A DNA stretch of 64,000 nucleotides, taken from a virus. Taxonomy: Duplodnaviria; Caudoviricetes. Location: the IMG/VR virus record IMGVR_UViG_3300027759_003166; one strand, written 5' to 3'. Made by a program: the position numbers and the translations under genes. The notes beneath the pieces are model-generated. The model was given only the letters and a program-made list of their open reading frames with translations, was not told where the DNA came from and ran no database searches. Of this stretch, positions 19,997-30,083 are shown piece by piece (position 1 is the first letter of the stretch; the number at the start of each line of letters is the position of its first letter).

Positions 19997-20972
19997 TATT
20001 TAAAAATACCTTTTCAAATGTATATATCACATTTTTTGGAGAAAACTCTTGATTTAGATATTCTGTGTTAAATGGATTTGTTTTTTCTAAATTTAAAAGT
20101 ATATATTCAAGTTCGAGCTTGTTTCTATATTTGTGTACATTATCTTTTAAATGTAAAAAATGGGCCCTTCCTCCTAGAGGATGAGTTGTTTGCAATTCTT
20201 CATTATCGTATGATAGTATCTGTTTATTTTTGGAGGCAAATTCTAAAACAGCCATTCCAAATGTTTCTCCATAATCTCTGGCATGTAAAAATGCATCACA
20301 GGTATTAATAAATTTAGATTTATCTTCTAATTCAACAAGAGAGTTGAGATATATACATCTTTCATGTTTTATTGTTTTTTCTGTATTAACTAGTACAATC
20401 CACATATCTGTTCTAATATCAAGAATTTTCTCTATAGTAGAAGGTACAAAATTCACATTAAATGTTTCATATCCACCGTATCTTCCTAATACAATTGCAT
20501 CATTTGGTATTCCTAATTCATTTCTAATGTCTAAATTTGTTTCTGGAAAATTAACCATATAAGGAACATATGGTAATTGATTGCCAGATTGAATCTTCAT
20601 CCATTCAGATGTTACAGCATAAACTTCACCGTGTTTATAATTTGCATTATGTACAAATACCGAATGGATAAGATTCTTTGTATTTTGAACAATTATATTA
20701 TCTTGGTATCCAAATTTTTGTGTATAAAAATACTCAATATTATTCTTATCAACTAATTGCTGTACTTCGTTAAAATTAAAATAAGATACGGTACGGAATC
20801 TTTTTTTAAATTTCTGTAATACTTGTTTATTGGTTTGATTTTTTAAATCAAAACTAATGATTGTATTCAATCCTAATATTTCTTCACAATATAATGCATA
20901 ATCGTATATGGCTACAGTGGTGCCTCTGAGACCTAAAGAATTTTCGTGAAATATAATAGTTTTAGAAGACAC
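19986..20972 (-). CDS. GT-B glycosyltransferase-like protein
   Basis: CDAFLHAR..GETFGMAVLE acceptor-side motif. Confidence 0.65.
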   Translation of the reverse strand: MSSKTIIFHENSLGLRGTTVAIYDYALYCEEILGLNTIISFDLKNQTNKQVLQKFKKRFRTVSYFNFNEVQQLVDKNNIEYFYTQKFGYQDNIIVQNTKNLIHSVFVHNANYKHGEVYAVTSEWMKIQSGNQLPYVPYMVNFPETNLDIRNELGIPNDAIVLGRYGGYETFNVNFVPSTIEKILDIRTDMWIVLVNTEKTIKHERCIYLNSLVELEDKSKFINTCDAFLHARDYGETFGMAVLEFASKNKQILSYDNEELQTTHPLGGRAHFLHLKDNVHKYRNKLELEYILLNLEKTNPFNTEYLNQEFSPKNVIYTFEKVFLNNEN

Positions 20973-21840
20973 GAGTTTTACCTAACAGGAATTTTTGTAC
21001 TCGCTCTAATTCAAATACCTTAGCAGGCAATTTACTCAATGGATATTTTTTAAGTATATGATCCAGGCGTCCGAGTGGTTCAGTATCACCATCCTGCGGA
21101 ACGTATGTATCTAAAAATTTAACAATTTCTTCATTAGTGTTTTTTCCCTTAGCGGCACCGGCAATGGCGCCGTCGGAGTTATTAAAAGATAAAAATTTAG
21201 TTTTTAATCTTTCCTGATCTCCCATCCAGGTAAAATGCCATCCTGCTTCTTTAATTTCTCCATTGTCAAGTGTAAATATATCTTTATATATAATATCATT
21301 ACGTTGCAGAGTGTGTGATTCTCTAATCTTGCTCAATGTATAATTTTTTATATGATGTGGTAAACATACAAATCCTGCCGTCCATTTTCTTGGATTATTA
21401 TAATTATCGTGAATGCTAAAATCCGCTCTACCTGCTAAAAATGACATTGGTATATGTAGAATATTCTCAGGATTATTCTTTGCTACTTGGGCATAGTATT
21501 TTACAAATTTTGGATTGATAATCTCATCGCAATCAGTGCAAAAAATTATAGAATCATCGTCGATGTATTTTGCAGCTATATCTCTTTGTAAATTTTCTCT
21601 TTTTACATGACTTGGCTCTATGTTAATTCCAGGCAACTCTGTATCTATAATTTTAATTTTATCTGTGGGCAATCCTAGTTCTTGAATTATTTTACGGCAA
21701 GATAATTCTTTTGGAATACCACTGTGTGTGTGATCTGCATCGCAAATTATAAATTGATCAACCACATCGTATAACAACGATATTCTTAGTTCGAGCAATT
21801 CTTTCTCATTGAAATAAGGAAAACAATCAATAATTTTCAT
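20962..21840 (-). CDS. GT17 (MGAT3-like) glycosyltransferase
   Basis: DCFPYFNEKELLELR, E..QRD, DCDEI, GWHFTW. Confidence 0.8.
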   Translation of the reverse strand: MKIIDCFPYFNEKELLELRISLLYDVVDQFIICDADHTHSGIPKELSCRKIIQELGLPTDKIKIIDTELPGINIEPSHVKRENLQRDIAAKYIDDDSIIFCTDCDEIINPKFVKYYAQVAKNNPENILHIPMSFLAGRADFSIHDNYNNPRKWTAGFVCLPHHIKNYTLSKIRESHTLQRNDIIYKDIFTLDNGEIKEAGWHFTWMGDQERLKTKFLSFNNSDGAIAGAAKGKNTNEEIVKFLDTYVPQDGDTEPLGRLDHILKKYPLSKLPAKVFELERVQKFLLGKTRVF

Positions 21841-21844
21841 AATT

Positions 21845-22444
21845 TTAATCAAAGAAAAACATTTGCCACAGTCTACAATTTTCTTTACTGCTACCAAAAT
21901 AACCAGATGCAGCATGAATTAATCCAGCGTCAAAAATTACCAATCTATTGAACACATTACCTACAACATCCACAGGCTCGTAAGGAGTAGGATCTAAGAA
22001 TGTTCCATGATTAAAACATTCCATTATCTTTGATTCTCCATTATGGCGTACCCTAGTCTTTTTATGAGCATAAAAACTTGTACCACACGATACTGGCGCA
22101 TCGGGTGTAAGATATATCATTGCAGCCCATCTTTGATCGTCACAATGATATACTAATGGTTGACCAGAAACATTATATTGGAATCTGCCATTCATTCCAT
22201 ATTTTTCCCAATTATCCTCCATGGTCCAACCTGTAATTTTTATACCCATTATTTTTTCAAAGGCTTCTCGTGTACCTGGTATAAAACATTGTTTTCTTGT
22301 TCTATTTCCAATATATCCAGGATCGTCAAAAAATTCTTGCTCCAATGCATATTTTCTTACAGCATATGGATCATCAAAGAAATCATCAACAACATGAAGT
22401 CTTTTATTCATGTTTGGATTTGGAGTTAAAAACAAATTACTCAT
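21845..22444 (-). CDS. 2OG-Fe(II) oxygenase-like protein (DUF6445-like)
   Basis: VVDDFFDDP, HCD, IYLTP, FNRLVIFD..H, RL facial-triad pattern. Confidence 0.7.
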   Translation of the reverse strand: MSNLFLTPNPNMNKRLHVVDDFFDDPYAVRKYALEQEFFDDPGYIGNRTRKQCFIPGTREAFEKIMGIKITGWTMEDNWEKYGMNGRFQYNVSGQPLVYHCDDQRWAAMIYLTPDAPVSCGTSFYAHKKTRVRHNGESKIMECFNHGTFLDPTPYEPVDVVGNVFNRLVIFDAGLIHAASGYFGSSKENCRLWQMFFFD

Positions 22445-22719
22445 ACTGGCATATAAATGTTAGACCATTGTTTAAGTTTTTCAATTTTGGCCTGTTTGGC
22501 AATTTCAAGATTGTCCATAGTTACTAGATTTAGTTCTAACATAATATCAATCATTGCCAGCATATCACCTAATTCTTCTTCGAGATGTTCCAGATTAGTT
22601 TTGGGTTTGCCAGGTTTCAAATTTCCAATACCAAATCGTCTAATCTTACTTACCGCTTGTATAACTTCAGCACATTCTTCTTGAAGAATGTCCAATACTT
22701 CTTTTTCTTTAGCGTTCAT
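22441..22719 (-). CDS. MazG-like NTP pyrophosphohydrolase
   Basis: EECAEV..EEELGD. Confidence 0.8.
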   Translation of the reverse strand: MNAKEKEVLDILQEECAEVIQAVSKIRRFGIGNLKPGKPKTNLEHLEEELGDMLAMIDIMLELNLVTMDNLEIAKQAKIEKLKQWSNIYMPV

Positions 22720-22873
22720 ATTTTACCAATGCCTTATTACACCTGCTACGATAAACATATTTGTTATCACATAGCACAACACAATACAAGAACGGATGAA
22801 GGCAACACGATTTGCCTCTTCATCCGTGCTGCCTGCTTTTTCACCTAGGGCCTTGGCCCAAAGTCTCCAGGTT

Positions 22874-23353
22874 TTACTGAAACTCATTATCTTCGCGATG
22901 TCCTTGTCTACCTGCCATATTAGAGTCAGTTTCGCGAACTTCTACTTTACAGCACCAAACTCTTGCAGCTTCTTCGCTGCCACAATTTGGTAAGAAGATT
23001 GTGTTTACATATTCATACAAGAAATCAGCAAGACCTTCGCAGCCTGTTTTTTCTACTTCTGTAATCTTAGCAAGTTTTAGTCTACCAAGCTCTAATAAGT
23101 GTTCACGCATTGGATCATCCTGTGCCACAAGCAATGTGTGATCAAACCAATCTTCTAAACAAGCCTTGAGTGGTTTTAATCCACCAAAGTCTGTACACCA
23201 ATTACGTGCGTCCAATGTATCGCATTCAAATTCAAAGTGGAAACTCATTGCGTATCCATGAATTAGATTACAATGACTTTGGGCACGCCATTGACGATAA
23301 GCTACAGGACCAATTTGTCTGTATGTTTTTGTACTAAAATATTTCTTTGCCAT
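22874..23353 (-). CDS. queD: 6-carboxy-5,6,7,8-tetrahydropterin synthase / PTPS family
   Basis: C..IHGY, DFGGLK, FDH, E..N catalytic pattern. Confidence 0.85.
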   Translation of the reverse strand: MAKKYFSTKTYRQIGPVAYRQWRAQSHCNLIHGYAMSFHFEFECDTLDARNWCTDFGGLKPLKACLEDWFDHTLLVAQDDPMREHLLELGRLKLAKITEVEKTGCEGLADFLYEYVNTIFLPNCGSEEAARVWCCKVEVRETDSNMAGRQGHREDNEFQ

Positions 23354-23421
23354 TATTTTCTCCTATGTTATAGCATAGGCGGCAGAGTTTGTATACCGGG
23401 ATGAACGCCGAAGGCCGGTGT
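23354..23421 (-). promoter_or_regulatory. candidate preQ1-I-like riboswitch with SD-sequestering hairpin
   Basis: P1 ACCGG/CCGGU, loop ending AUC, A-rich tail UACAAACU, hairpin CCUAUG/CAUAGG covering AGGAG. Confidence 0.5.
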
Positions 23422-23434
23422 AATAATATTTAGT

Positions 23435-24019
23435 TTAACGCTTTTCAACGATCTTGTCAACCAGGCCATATGCCAATGCTTCTTCAGCACTCATAAATGT
23501 ATCACGATCCATATCTCGTTCAAAGTCAGCATAAGTTTTTCCTGCTGTATTGTGTTCGACATATAACTTGGTTAACATAGTTTTCATCTGTGTAATTTCT
23601 TTGTATTGTATCTCAATATCACTTTGCATACCACGAGCACCACCACTTGGTTGATGTATCATATGACGACTATGTGGCAACATATAACGCTTGCCAGGAT
23701 GACCCGCCTGTGCCAAGAAACTGCCCATACTACAGGCTTGACCCATAACATAAGTACAGACATCTGGTTTAACAAATTGCATAACATCATAAATGGCCAT
23801 ACCACTTGTAATTACACCACCGGGACTATTAATGTAAAAGTGAATATCTTTCTCAGAATCGGCACTCTCCAAATGTAGCATCTGTGCCACTACAAGATTG
23901 CTGCTATGATCATCAACTGGTCCATTTAGGAACACGATGCGCTCATTGAGCAAACGACTAAAGATGTCAAAAGCACGTTCGCCTTGACCAGTCTTTTCAA
24001 CCACCATTGGTACTAACAT
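23435..24019 (-). CDS. clpP: ATP-dependent Clp protease proteolytic subunit
   Basis: [23 protein letters not shown] (Ser), MIHQP (His), DRD. Confidence 0.95.
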   Translation of the reverse strand: MLVPMVVEKTGQGERAFDIFSRLLNERIVFLNGPVDDHSSNLVVAQMLHLESADSEKDIHFYINSPGGVITSGMAIYDVMQFVKPDVCTYVMGQACSMGSFLAQAGHPGKRYMLPHSRHMIHQPSGGARGMQSDIEIQYKEITQMKTMLTKLYVEHNTAGKTYADFERDMDRDTFMSAEEALAYGLVDKIVEKR

Positions 24020-24028
24020 AATATTTCC

Positions 24029-24484
24029 TTATTTTACTTCTTTATAGGTCTGTGGAAAGATTTCTTTCTTTACAGCACCGTAATCGCCTGTACCGTGACG
24101 TACAATATAATCATTACCTGTTGTATAGGTAAGGTCGCCCCAACTTGTGTGTAGCACGCCATCGTGATCCGCAAGTTTTACCTGTTTAGGAATAGACTTG
24201 GGACTAGCAGTGCTATCACCGTTGTCTGTTTTCAACTCATGGAAGGTTTTAGGATCATTGAGATATTCTTCACCTTCTGGACCAGTAATAACATAGTCAC
24301 CGACCCTTCCTTGTAAAGCCTTATTTTCTAGTGATTTAATAATTTCAGGCTCGGTTAAAATCCTAAATGGTTCAATCTTGTTTGCAATCTTAGCGGCAAC
24401 AAATGATCCTGTTTTAAACCATTCATCATTAACGCCGGTGCTTTCTACTAAGTTGATAATTTTTCTAATATCTTCGTTGCTCAT
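24029..24484 (-). CDS. hypothetical protein with two (P/T/V)GDY-like repeats
   Basis: GRVGDYVITGPEGE and TGNDYIVRHGTGD. Confidence 0.6.
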   Translation of the reverse strand: MSNEDIRKIINLVESTGVNDEWFKTGSFVAAKIANKIEPFRILTEPEIIKSLENKALQGRVGDYVITGPEGEEYLNDPKTFHELKTDNGDSTASPKSIPKQVKLADHDGVLHTSWGDLTYTTGNDYIVRHGTGDYGAVKKEIFPQTYKEVK

Positions 24485-24909
24485 TATTGATAATCCTTAT
24501 CTAATTTTACATTGGTCAATCCTGCTACCACTTGGAATTTATCCCAAGCAATCTTTGCCGCTGGATTACGTTCTAACTCACTACTTGGCAAACAAGTCTC
24601 TAACCAAAACTCATCTCGACGTTGTGGATGTGCTCCAAATTTACGAGGTTGATGTAGTTTACCTTGATCCCAAAGATCACAACTTACACTGCGGAATTTA
24701 GCCTCATCTTCTTTACTGTTAAAACTATAATGTCCCCATTCTGGAGTACTCATTCCACCATAACAATAACCTTCCCAAATGCCTTTCCACTGCTCGTCAT
24801 CATTGGGATCAAATTTAGTACGGGCAATAATTACTAATACATCGTTGATATCTACTCGTTCTTCAACAATGTCAAGAACACATCTACTATAACTAAGTCC
24901 GATTTTCAT
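24484..24909 (-). CDS. hypothetical protein
   Basis: 141-aa ORF in operon. Confidence 0.65.
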   Translation of the reverse strand: MKIGLSYSRCVLDIVEERVDINDVLVIIARTKFDPNDDEQWKGIWEGYCYGGMSTPEWGHYSFNSKEDEAKFRSVSCDLWDQGKLHQPRKFGAHPQRRDEFWLETCLPSSELERNPAAKIAWDKFQVVAGLTNVKLDKDYQ

Positions 24910-25159
24910 TTTGTTCTTTCTTTTCTATGTCGTATTGTTTAACCATACGATAAAGTGGTTCCATCTTTTCTTGAAATACGTGTGGTGCTAATTCCGCCGC
25001 CGCATTCATATCCCATACACTAGGATAGTGTCGCAACATACTACGGGCGGTATCTCTTATAAGTTTTGGAATCCGAGGAGTGTGCGATGGATTACAGAGA
25101 TCAATTAAGAATCTCCGTGTCTCCACTATAGCACGATAGCGTTCATCAGGCAATGTCAT
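24893..25159 (-). CDS. hypothetical protein
   Basis: Probable start MTLPDERY. Confidence 0.6.
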   Translation of the reverse strand: MTLPDERYRAIVETRRFLIDLCNPSHTPRIPKLIRDTARSMLRHYPSVWDMNAAAELAPHVFQEKMEPLYRMVKQYDIEKKEQNENRT

Positions 25160-25715
25160 TTGTGGCTTTCCAAAGTTCTGCACGAGCCTTGGAACCTTCT
25201 GGATCACGAGTATATTCGTTGATCATTTCACGCAATGCGTTATTGATATATTCGTTAAGAGTAATATCTTGACGATGTGCGTTTAATGCTGCTTCTAACA
25301 ATAACCCATCTGGCAAATCAATTGGAACACTTATATCAGTGCTGTAATCTTCACCTGCCTTAATAGACAACGCCTTTTGAATAAAGTCCTCATCAACTTC
25401 GAGATCAATAAACTCAACATCATCCCAGGCCATATTATCTACCCCGCGCTTCTCAGCTTCCTTTTCGTGTTTTTTAACATACTCGGGATTGATTATACGA
25501 TAAGCACGATCGTTAGTAAAGTCGCAAACTTCTACACTATAGACCTTATGGCTCTTGGTGCTGAATACAATATTAAAACTATATCCACCTTTGCCATGGA
25601 TGCCATTCCAACTAGACAGTTGATAACTATTTGAGCCAAAGCAACTCCAACCATAGTTATCACCTTCGGTAATTTTATAATCTACCAATTCCATCCATTC
25701 TTTCATATCAATCAT
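25146..25715 (-). CDS. hypothetical protein, possible ribbon-helix-helix C-terminus
   Basis: C-terminal AHRQDITLNEYINNAL. Confidence 0.6.
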   Translation of the reverse strand: MIDMKEWMELVDYKITEGDNYGWSCFGSNSYQLSSWNGIHGKGGYSFNIVFSTKSHKVYSVEVCDFTNDRAYRIINPEYVKKHEKEAEKRGVDNMAWDDVEFIDLEVDEDFIQKALSIKAGEDYSTDISVPIDLPDGLLLEAALNAHRQDITLNEYINNALREMINEYTRDPEGSKARAELWKATNDIA

Positions 25716-26172
25716 GATTTGTTTCCTTAGTTAGTTCGCATAATAAAATAAAGTGATCGTAGGCTTTCTTCACTGCTGCATTAGAGTATAACACATCTGC
25801 TTCCTTTTGTAAAGCCTTTATAGCTGCTTCGGCTAAATCTCTTGCACTTCCGTGACTTAGTGGGCATAGTTCATCGCCAAACTCTTTAGCTAATTTTTCC
25901 CAAGCCTTTTTTTGCCCAGGAGTAATAGGAGTACTCACCGGTTTCAGTTCAGCCTGCTTGCGGATTTGTTCACAAACAGCATCTTCCGCCACACGTCCGG
26001 CAGCAATCAAAGCCGCATAGTTTGGGTCAATGTTAAAATAGCGAGACATGCCTCCGGGATAAACCATAACCAAATGATTACCTTTTGGAAAACTATCTAA
26101 TAGTTCGTTGTCGTATTCGGCTACTGGAACGTATTTACGTCCTACCTTTTCATAAAATATCTTCTTGGTCAT
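25708..26172 (-). CDS. hypothetical protein
   Basis: 154-aa ORF. Confidence 0.65.
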   Translation of the reverse strand: MTKKIFYEKVGRKYVPVAEYDNELLDSFPKGNHLVMVYPGGMSRYFNIDPNYAALIAAGRVAEDAVCEQIRKQAELKPVSTPITPGQKKAWEKLAKEFGDELCPLSHGSARDLAEAAIKALQKEADVLYSNAAVKKAYDHFILLCELTKETNHD

Positions 26173-26446
26173 TGTTCAATCCATTGCTACGTTTATCTGT
26201 TCTTGTATCTAAGTTTTGGTCAAAGCGTCGTTCAGTGATTGTCTTTTCCTTAAACACCTTCTCTCTGGAACAAAGTAGGCACTTTGGATTACCGCAATCT
26301 AATGCGTGATGTTTGGCCAATCGATGTGGTTCTTTAATATACTTTTCGTTGCCTGATTCTTTGGCAAGTTTTAATTGCTTGTTAATGGCATTCTCGTCTT
26401 TGAGCAGACGGCGGCTATGTTTGAATTTATCTTCTTCTGTGCTCAT
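26150..26446 (-). CDS. hypothetical protein with HxxxC..CxxC motif
   Basis: HHALDCGNPKCLLC. Confidence 0.6.
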   Translation of the reverse strand: MSTEEDKFKHSRRLLKDENAINKQLKLAKESGNEKYIKEPHRLAKHHALDCGNPKCLLCSREKVFKEKTITERRFDQNLDTRTDKRSNGLNNDQEDIL

Positions 26447-26618
26447 TCTTCTTCATCCTCTTCTTCGTAATCTTCTTTATTATCTACTAGATATCCAGGG
26501 CAATTAACATAGTCAGAATATTCACAATAAAAATATCCAAATAAAAGATGAGCACCAAAATATATAAGAGCCAATGCTCCAACTACTTGTAGAATGCTAA
26601 ATCTATTATAGAATCTGT

Positions 26619-26837
26619 TCATTCTTCAATGCCATATTCTTTATAAAGTTCATCCAATGCGTTACGAACCTGTTCGGCTACGGGACGATACTTCACAGGG
26701 TGGATAGGATGATAGTTCCATTCTGTGCCCTTCCATACTCGACTACCATTCAATAGTCGATCAACCTCTGATAGGATTTGAAAGCGTGGATCAGCCCACA
26801 TATTGATTTGATTATCAGGAACGATTGGGGTGTTCAT
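26619..26837 (-). CDS. hypothetical protein
   Basis: 72-aa ORF after GGAG. Confidence 0.55.
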   Translation of the reverse strand: MNTPIVPDNQINMWADPRFQILSEVDRLLNGSRVWKGTEWNYHPIHPVKYRPVAEQVRNALDELYKEYGIEE

Positions 26838-26934
26838 TGTTCAACTCCTGTTGCTGGACAGAATGGGGTATGCCCATCCTTGTTGGGATTTCTTTGACAA
26901 TGCTTGCACCAGTTATAATCTTTAAGTTGGTTCA

Positions 26935-27288
26935 TTAGTCATCTCCAATCACTTCAGTTGGATAATAGGATACATCACTGCTGGCTCCATCTCGCCGAAC
27001 CCATAATTTACCAGTGGGTTCGATATAATTAACTGTGCCCCTAGCACCAACATTGAATTTAGAGACAACTTTGATCCGGCTACCAACTTTGATTGATTTA
27101 TCTTCAACTCCGAAATGTTGTTTAATCAAATCATTGGCCTTGTACGGTTCTGCTTTGTCAGCAATGTCAGAACATTCTCTAATAATCAACTCGGCGAACT
27201 TTTTACAAAATTCATCAGAAATGTTCCAGGGACCAGAGGAAATGTCCTCAACAGCCTTGTCAGCAAGTTCTATAATTCGTTCGTTCAT
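26935..27288 (-). CDS. HFGVE-family small protein with KOW/SH3-like extension
   Basis: MNERI..FAELIIREC..HFGVE then KVGSRIKV..GARGTV. Confidence 0.6.
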   Translation of the reverse strand: MNERIIELADKAVEDISSGPWNISDEFCKKFAELIIRECSDIADKAEPYKANDLIKQHFGVEDKSIKVGSRIKVVSKFNVGARGTVNYIEPTGKLWVRRDGASSDVSYYPTEVIGDD

Positions 27289-27491
27289 TCTTCAACTCCG
27301 AAATGTGCCATAATCTGATTACGAACCTCATACTCGCCACCCTCATACAGATGACCAATGTCAGCGCATTCCCGCACAATCAACTCGGCGAACTTTTCAA
27401 TGGCTTCTTGTTCATAAGTGCCTAACTCATCCCAGCAACCTGATGCTGTCAGTCCTGCTTGATATAATAGGTCTTCATATTTTTGGTTCAT
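27285..27491 (-). CDS. HFGVE-family small protein
   Basis: KFAELIVREC..HFGVEE. Confidence 0.6.
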   Translation of the reverse strand: MNQKYEDLLYQAGLTASGCWDELGTYEQEAIEKFAELIVRECADIGHLYEGGEYEVRNQIMAHFGVEE

Positions 27492-27494
27492 TCT

Positions 27495-27698
27495 TCAACT
27501 CCTATCAACATCTGTGTTATGCTCATAACAATCTAAACATACTGCGTCATAGCGTGGGCCCATACAATGATAGATAGAACCACGACAATACGTACAAAGT
27601 ATAAACGCTTGTGTGACTATACTACCTTTTGGTGGAGCATACAAGGGTAGAAACCCTGCGAAACTTTCAGTATATCCAATTAGTTCTTGGTCGTCCAT
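27495..27698 (-). CDS. small zinc-finger-like protein
   Basis: CxxC..CxxC. Confidence 0.5.
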   Translation of the reverse strand: MDDQELIGYTESFAGFLPLYAPPKGSIVTQAFILCTYCRGSIYHCMGPRYDAVCLDCYEHNTDVDRS

Positions 27699-28054
27699 TA
27701 GTTATCCTTGATATCTTTGTCAAGATGACTATTTTTAATAGTCCTCATTAACTGACGATTGCGTTCATCTTGTTCTTTACGCTTACGCTTGTCATCCATC
27801 TTCCGATCAATGGTCATACGATCATATTCTCGTGCCCACAATACACCTTGCATAAACCTGTCGGCATGTTCTAATGAGCCAGCAAACAATTCAGCATCAC
27901 GGCTGTAGATAGGCAATGCGTCTCGATCTTTTGGAACCAACGCTACATTCTCGCCATACATATCATCATGCTTGTAAGCAGTAAATTTCATTCCAAGCAG
28001 ATCTGCACGTTCCTCTAATTTGCGAATTTGTCTAATATGATTCCAACCTGACAT
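27698..28054 (-). CDS. hypothetical protein
   Basis: 118-aa ORF. Confidence 0.6.
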   Translation of the reverse strand: MSGWNHIRQIRKLEERADLLGMKFTAYKHDDMYGENVALVPKDRDALPIYSRDAELFAGSLEHADRFMQGVLWAREYDRMTIDRKMDDKRKRKEQDERNRQLMRTIKNSHLDKDIKDN

Positions 28055-28063
28055 GATAACTCC

Positions 28064-29266
28064 TTACTTAAACACTTTTAAAATCATAATGTCTGCATTC
28101 ATTCTACCATTCAACATGGTATCAGTGGCCTTAATGGCACTCAACCAAGTCTCAACACGACGTTGCGTATTCTGCAATTTAAAGTCTTTCAACTGCTCTG
28201 CGGGCTTACGCAAAGTCTTTTGTATTGATTTGTCAGTAAAGTCAATGATACTTGTACCTTTAACATTAAGCCCTGCACTGGTTTTAGAAATATACATACC
28301 AATCTTGCGTGTCTTAGAGTTATATACAATAGCTGCCTGAGCACCAATCAAGCCTGCCGCTGGCACTGACGTCACACCCAACTTGTCATCGGTCATTTTA
28401 AACTTAATTTTCTTAACCAATTCTTCTGCGGGTTTAACTTTCTTAGCACGTGGCTTCTTCATTACTTTGGCTTCTGCGGCAATCTGCTCACAGGCCTGTG
28501 CAATGCTTTCGTAAAATTCAATCAACTTCTTAACATTCTTACGGCTTGCAAATTTGTAGCTTTCTTTCAATTGCTCATCTGCATTACCACTGGCAAGTTC
28601 TTGCAATTCTGCTAAACCACGAGCAAAGAATCCTTTGATATAGCGAGACTGTGCTGCTTTAGCACCCTTGCCACGCAAAAGGCTAACCATCTTAAACGCT
28701 TTAGGGTCAAATGCCTCTGGATCAACAATCCAAGAGTCAATAGCAGCATCAATCTCGTCACTCATACTAACTGCTTGCTCACGGATACGATCTTGAATAT
28801 TCATAACAGGTGCAGCAGACTTAGATGCCTTAATTACCTCAACTTCCTCAATATCCCACTTGCCTGCTTCCACTGTTTCGGCAATTTGCAATTTAAGCCA
28901 GTCTGCAGAACTTGCATTATTGTTCCAACCTTGTTTAGTTGCTGGCATACCTTTGAGCAAACAGGCAGCAATAGAACCCATGGTCAAATTACAACGCCAA
29001 TCTTTGGTTTTCTTAAATGCTTGGATTTGATCACGAGTGTAATCATTACGACCCATCCAATCAATAACTTTGGGTTTAAGTTCTTTGCTGGAACTTTCCA
29101 AACGGTAGTACTTCATTGCTTCGCGGAACATAGAAGTAAATTCTGTAGCAGACCAATCGTCAGCGCCGTCCCATTTTGGGCTCAGATCACGTTTAGCATT
29201 TTCGCGAATGCTTTGGCCCGTAATGCGGGTTTTCTTTACTGCTACTTTTTTTGTTGCTGTTGCCAT
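28064..29266 (-). CDS. hypothetical protein (400 aa) behind a consensus early promoter
   Basis: TTGACA-17-TATAAT at 29300-29328, GGAG SD. Confidence 0.75.
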   Translation of the reverse strand: MATATKKVAVKKTRITGQSIRENAKRDLSPKWDGADDWSATEFTSMFREAMKYYRLESSSKELKPKVIDWMGRNDYTRDQIQAFKKTKDWRCNLTMGSIAACLLKGMPATKQGWNNNASSADWLKLQIAETVEAGKWDIEEVEVIKASKSAAPVMNIQDRIREQAVSMSDEIDAAIDSWIVDPEAFDPKAFKMVSLLRGKGAKAAQSRYIKGFFARGLAELQELASGNADEQLKESYKFASRKNVKKLIEFYESIAQACEQIAAEAKVMKKPRAKKVKPAEELVKKIKFKMTDDKLGVTSVPAAGLIGAQAAIVYNSKTRKIGMYISKTSAGLNVKGTSIIDFTDKSIQKTLRKPAEQLKDFKLQNTQRRVETWLSAIKATDTMLNGRMNADIMILKVFK

Positions 29267-29345
29267 AAATTGCTCCTGGTGTGCTGTTTATATGTATTAA
29301 TTATACAGGAATTATGGCTCAATGTCAAGTGTTGGTTTTACCAAA

Positions 29346-29930
29346 CTAAAATTTATTATGATCTCCGTCCCGAAATATCCAACCTAACTTCTTTAGGTCT
29401 TCCATAATTTCGTCAGTGATCATACCTTCTGGAACAGATGCTAGACTTTCTTTATAAGAGGTCTGTTGCTCAAGTGTCATTTGTTCCCATACTACGTCCT
29501 CGAAAGGATCCCTACTTTGAATACCACTACAGTACCAATCAATATAGTCACCTTCACCACGCATATGTGCCACAATGCCACCAGCATAACGCCAACTGGC
29601 ACCCCAGCGTTCGTCTTTGAGAATTGGAAATACTTCAAGTCGCTGGAAATCGTTATTACACATGGCAGCATAAAGATGTTGAGCATATATACGACTTTCA
29701 CGTACTTTGGCAACCATCCACTCGGAACTACGCATATCAAATTCCATATTGTTCTTTTGCCATTCTGTATCAGTTACGTTTTTTTCATCTTGTTCAATAG
29801 CATCTTCATGCATTTTAATCAATTCTTGAACATGTGGATCTTCTAGACTTTTTCCATTCTCAAGAGCAAGTTCAATATAAGCATCTTTTTGGAAACCATA
29901 TCGATTAGGGCTGCTGGATATTTTGGACAT
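29346..29930 (-). CDS. hypothetical protein
   Basis: 194-aa ORF. Confidence 0.65.
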   Translation of the reverse strand: MSKISSSPNRYGFQKDAYIELALENGKSLEDPHVQELIKMHEDAIEQDEKNVTDTEWQKNNMEFDMRSSEWMVAKVRESRIYAQHLYAAMCNNDFQRLEVFPILKDERWGASWRYAGGIVAHMRGEGDYIDWYCSGIQSRDPFEDVVWEQMTLEQQTSYKESLASVPEGMITDEIMEDLKKLGWIFRDGDHNKF

Positions 29931-30083
29931 TTGGAGTTGCTGGTCTACGGGCGCAGTATTCGCAGTTAAGGTCAGAGCACATTTCTTCTAACCACTTATT
30001 ACATTTATCGCAGTAATAAGCATCGTAGCCGTTTGAATACGATTTCTTATTACCGCAATTGCATAAATCACTTAGTGTATTGA

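Noticed and set aside
28775-29407. 210-aa plus-strand ORF and similar long antisense ORFs (905, 4095, 4475, 31048)
   Set aside because: Fully opposite to well-supported minus-strand genes, with no motifs or SD.
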